Shown: piece by piece, positions 59,740 to 64,000 of the stretch
Position numbering within the stretch: position 1 is the first letter of the stretch
Layout of the letters: each line of letters opens with the position of its first letter
Assembly (NCBI RefSeq): GCF_964355755.1
Contig: NC_092680.1
Coordinates: forward strand, 13,215,045-13,279,044
DNA length: 64,000 bases
Direction: 5' to 3'
Source: Antedon mediterranea
Taxonomy: Eukaryota > Animalia > Echinodermata
The notes under the pieces: generated by a model
The model's database searches: none
Told to the model about the DNA's origin: nothing
The model's input: only the letters and a program-made list of their open reading frames with translations
Made by a program: the position numbers and the translations under genes

Positions 59740-60050
59740 AAAAGATTTTTAGCCACTTTTTGGATGAAAATCTACTTCAAATGATTGTGACCGAGATTAA
59801 AGGGTATACCTGTAAGTTTATTGTGATTATTTCAGGTAGTTTAGAAAACTCATCACTAAAGAGGAACATTAAGGTTTTAATAAGCGTAATAGCTATGACA
59901 TGCATTGGTCTAAACATTGGTTTTTAGATCAGCCATGTTTCAGAAAGACTACTTCAAGGGACAGATTTACTTTGGCGTTACAATGTCTTCATAATTCTTA
60001 TGATGAAATTGCTCCAACACGTGACCACCCTGCGTACATTCAGCGTTCAA
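59740..60050 (+). pseudogene. Decayed piggyBac transposase fragment
   Basis: KIFSHFLDENLLQMIVTEIKGY and GFNKRNSYDMHWSKHWFLDQPCFRKTTSRDRFTLALQCLH..APTRDHPAY match piggyBac N-terminal motifs (FxxFFxDxxxxxIVxETNxY; YWS...MSRDRFxxxxxxLH). Confidence 0.7.
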
Positions 60051-60154
60051 GTAAGTGCAATTATCACTCATTTGATTGATAATCAATCTGATTTTTACCC
60101 ATCTAGACCTTGTCTGAAAATTTGTGGAATTTAATTAAGAGAAAATATGTATAT

Positions 60155-61620
60155 ATTGTGGACCGGATATCAACCTACAAAATAAGGAAAGTCACACATT
60201 TTTAATTGCTACAAGTTTTTGCAAACAGAAAGGCCTTACAGCATTGATGTTTGCCAACTGTCTTGGGTAATGCAACCATTATGCCATCAGCTCATTGATT
60301 GAGGAGCTTATGTAAGTAAATAGGTAGGTAGGTAATGAAAATATATTTCATTTCAGATACAATCCACAAACAAAAAGGCTTTGCAGCATTGCTGCTTAAA
60401 ACTGGTAATATCATCATCTGCCAACATTTGAGAATGCAAGAGCAGATGTCAACCTCCAAGATAAAAATGGAAAGACACACATTTTACAAAATGTATTTAT
60501 TTTTAGATACAATCTGCAAACAAAAAAGCTGTGCAGCAGACATTTGCTCCTTACTGGTAATATCAGCATCTGCCTAAATTTGAGAATACAAGAGCTGATG
60601 TAAACTCCAAGATAAATAAGGACAGTGGCTTATCCAGTGGGGGGGGGGGGCCGCCCGCTATATTTTTTTTTCGTACATAAGTTGGGGACCCCCTCATGAA
60701 ACGTCACAAAATAAACATGAATAATTCATCAGTTAAATGTTCTTGTTCCGTGTGCACCCAAGCGTATAGCAACAAGAAGTGATTACACAAGTGCGGTACG
60801 ATTCTAGGCCTATCTCCGCGCTGTTGTTGCGGCGTGCGATTTCATAGAAGAATAGCGGCGTTTTGTGTGGATTGTCGAAATAATCAGCCTTTAGTTTATG
60901 ATAGTGTTTTTAATATAATTTATTACTAAAGAATTACGTGTTAAAATTATAGTTTCTATTAATACTATTAGGCCTAGGCCTAATTATTAGTCTCTAAACA
61001 TATGTCTATTCTAGTAGAGCTGTGTGTGTGTGTGTTATAGGTATGACACAATCCGAGTAATAAGTCAGCAAAATTAAACAATAAACATTACACAAAAATA
61101 CAGTTTTTATTCTCGTGGGTCTAATCTTCCCATCTCATGTGTTCATATACGCGCATTTTTAAAGTTCCTTTGAGTACATGCATTGTTTGATAATAAAATA
61201 GCAGAATTAAAAAAAATACAGTACACAAATTATACACATTCTTTATTCTTGTGGGTCTAAGCTTTCTTTGGGCTATGTCCAATGAATTACTACTTAGTTT
61301 AATGTCTTGCCTAGCTGTCGATTAGCCTCGACTCGACACATTTTGTGTGAAGAAGAGTGCGCGAAGGCAATCGCGTGAATTGACTTAGAATCCTAGGCCT
61401 ACTGTAGAAAGTATCGTATCGAAGTTGTGTAATCGCTTCTTGTTGCTATACGCTTGGGTGCACACGGAACAACACATTTAACTGATGAATTATTCGTGTT
61501 TATTTTGTGACGTTTCATGAGGGGGACCCCAACTTATGTACGAAAAAAAAAAATCGCTTCCCGCCCCCTCCCCAACTTCAAAATCCTGGATACGCCACTG
61601 AATAAGGACACACATTTTAC
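60155..61620 (+). pseudogene. Decayed ankyrin-repeat gene fragment (about three tandem units) interrupted by a hAT-like element
   Basis: GPDINLQNK, KGLTALMFA-VLGNATI-CHQLID*GAYV and KGFAAL..KTGNIIICQHL-ENARADVNLQDKNGKT, with frameshifts and stops. Confidence 0.6.
60623..61600 (-). mobile_element. hAT-like non-autonomous element (family B)
   Basis: TIR CAGTGGC(T/G)TATCCAG, perfect 8-bp TSD AATAAGGA (60615-60622, 61601-61608), and ~125-bp subterminal inverted repeats at 60664-60790 / 61425-61552. Confidence 0.9.
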
Positions 61621-61933
61621 AACAAGGGTGTGTGGCATAATGCAGTTAGTAGAAGAGCATGTAATGCCTAAAGTAATCAAGACACCAGTGGCCATGACGG
61701 AATTAGGCACCAACCGTACACGGCACCTCGGATCCGGGGAATTACCAAGATAGGTCCTTTAGTGGAAGTAGAAGCAGATGGAGAAGTGCACCAGAAGATG
61801 CTTAAATCAAAACTAGTTTTATTATTTGAATTCACTCCTTTGTAAATGGGGACTATTTAGAATTATATAAAATTCTACTAAGCAACGGTCATATAAATAT
61901 GGGTACAGTACATTATACTGTATCTGGAAGTGT

Positions 61934-63509
61934 CAGTGGTGGCGCCAGCGGGGGGGCTACGGGGGCTCTAGCCCCCTCGTCGGGGAGCCTAGCCCCCCCG
62001 TCGGGGAACACGGGTACTTTTTGTCGGGGAATATAACATACAGTAAAAAACGTTCGCGTTCACTTCATATAGCTTCAGCGCCTAGAAAACCACGACGTTC
62101 CATTGACCGTGAGAGTACGTCAGAGGGCTATTATGCACTTTTATGCATTCATTATTGCCAGAGATCTAACTACTAAACAATAGCTAGTACGCACTTGTTT
62201 GGCGGTATCCCTTTGTACGAATCGTTCACCGTTGGGTCGAGACGCGTGATATCATGTTCCATCCAGGGACCAAAATGTGTAATGTAGTTATTTTCCAGGC
62301 GAAGTTTACCGACGGTTCGGGTACTTTTTGTCGGGGAATATAATTCGTTCGCGTTCACTTCGTAGCTTCAGCGCCTAGAAAACCTCGACGTTTCATTGAC
62401 CGTGAGAGTACGTCAGAGTGATATTAATATTATGCACTTTATATGCATTCATTATTGCCAGCGATCTAACTTACTACTAAACAATAGCTATAGGTACGCA
62501 CTTGTCTGGCGGTATTCCTTTGTACGAATCGTTCAACGTTGGGTCGTGATATCATGTTCCATCCAGGGACCAAAATGTGTACTGTAGTTATTTTCCAGGC
62601 GAAGTTTACCGACGGTTACGTCGTGTACTGTGTCGACGTACGCTAAACTACAGCAAAAACGAATTATGTTAATTGTTCGTATGTTCACCAATTTTTTAAT
62701 TTACAAGTAACCTTCTGTACCGTGGGGCACCTAAAATAAATATTTCATCCATTACTAAACAAAAAAACATGCCATTTTCGCTTAGCCAACATCTTATTAT
62801 AGCTAAGTTATTAAATTTTCAATGTCCTGTATGTCATGAATTTCTCACCACTCGGAAGTCCAGATGGTACGCAGGCATCCCATACACTTGGGAGGAATAA
62901 ACTTATTTCCCCGACTGAAAAAGGTCTACGCTTGCGTTTTTTAAGCCTCTGGGCCTGATGTTTCCAAAGTATAAAATGCAATTTTTTGAAGACCTGCAGC
63001 TCTAGTTTTAAACATTTTCTTAGCTCAGCCCCAACAATAAAGCTGGTCATATTTCGAAGTACAAGAAGTGCATTTTCCGGGACCTAACATCTCTATTTTT
63101 CAAACATTTCTTAGCTCAGTCACAACCATGATAGGGACTTATATATTTTGTTTCATGTTTTGAAGTATAATAAGTCCAATTTCCAGGACCTCCAACTCTA
63201 TTTTTCTAAATTTTCTTTGAACTTTTATTTTTTAAATTGAAAAATATGGATTGAAACAGTCATCGCGCATCGTTTTTTTGCACGCAGTATTTTATTTATG
63301 CATTATAAAAAATGGAAAAAATGGCTACCCTAAATCTGATTAAAATGACCTCAAATGACGCTAGAACGCGTTGCTTCCGGGGGCTTCGCCCCCTGGACCC
63401 CCACCGGGGGCCCTTGGTGGCCCCCCTGGCCCCAGTTTTGTGATGCTCGCATAGCCCCCTCGTCGGGGAATGTAGCTTCCGCGTCGGGAAGATCCTGGCG
63501 CCACCTCTG
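61934..63509. mobile_element. hAT-like non-autonomous DNA transposon (family A), uninterrupted copy
   Basis: TIRs CAGTGGTGGCGCCAG / CTGGCGCCACCTCTG, perfect 8-bp TSD GGAAGTGT (61926-61933, 63510-63517), and an internal ~270-290-bp tandem duplication. Confidence 0.92.
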
Positions 63510-64000
63510 GGAAGTGTACACAAAATCGAGACATGCAGAGAAGCTTATTCCAGCCTTCAGTATTAAATTAACAAGAGTCAGGAGAAAAGTAATCAAGTAA
63601 TGTAATGTAATGTAACGTCAATGTATTGATAAGGGACATAATTTGATAAAAATGTTGAACATTTTATCTGCTATATTATGATAACTGTAAGTGAAAGCAT
63701 GGTTTCATGTAATTAAAATGTAAAGAACCGCATTAAAATATAGTTTAGCACTTGTTAAAACAATACACATTGCTTTTGTGTAAACAAATCACTAACTCCC
63801 TTTAAACTAAACCAGAAACTCAATCAAATCTGCCAATTGTATGTTTAACTTAGAGAGGTTTCCCTCTTGCCAGAGGTACATACAGTACAAGTACACATAC
63901 AATTGGTTCTTTTTTCCCAGTGCATACAATAACTACTCCATAGATTGATTATATTGCTGAGTACGTTTAACTTACAGAGGTTTCCCTCTTGCCAGAGGTT

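Noticed and set aside
60095-60150. Tc1-like ENLWNLIKRK motif
   Set aside because: Lacks a convincing SPDLNPIE and is equally explained as a frameshifted ankyrin helix next to the ankyrin remnants.

Overview
AT-rich (roughly 30% GC by eye), intron-rich animal genomic DNA, probably a marine invertebrate deuterostome such as an echinoderm (inferred from Deu-domain SINEs and the gene repertoire, not provable here). Four spliced genes were rebuilt by hand with GT-AG introns and consistent phases. (1) A PRD-class Q50 homeobox gene with a C-terminal OAR motif, most like the CG11294 family (+, 2484-6407). (2) CFAP95/C9orf135 (-, 11777-8381). (3) NDUFS5 (+, 13280-13906), head-to-head with CFAP95 across a short promoter that carries an RFX X-box. 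(4) A 22-coding-exon, ~1133-aa RIM-family presynaptic scaffold (Rab-binding helix + Zn finger, PDZ, C2A, C2B; +, 42462-57686) that lacks canonical RIM1/2 signatures and looks like the divergent II-RIM clade. The rest is a gene-poor stretch (14-42 kb) and a tail (58-64 kb) holding non-autonomous transposons (hAT-like with 8-bp TSDs, Helitron/Helentron, MITEs, SINEs), satellites and decayed gene fragments (integrase, piggyBac, ankyrin). The most unusual unexplained signals are dense CTAG/TAGGCCTA palindrome tracts in the first introns on both sides of the bidirectional promoter, and a window-wide excess of TA-N(3-4)-TA words resembling transposon excision footprints. Family assignments rest on recalled motifs, not database searches.
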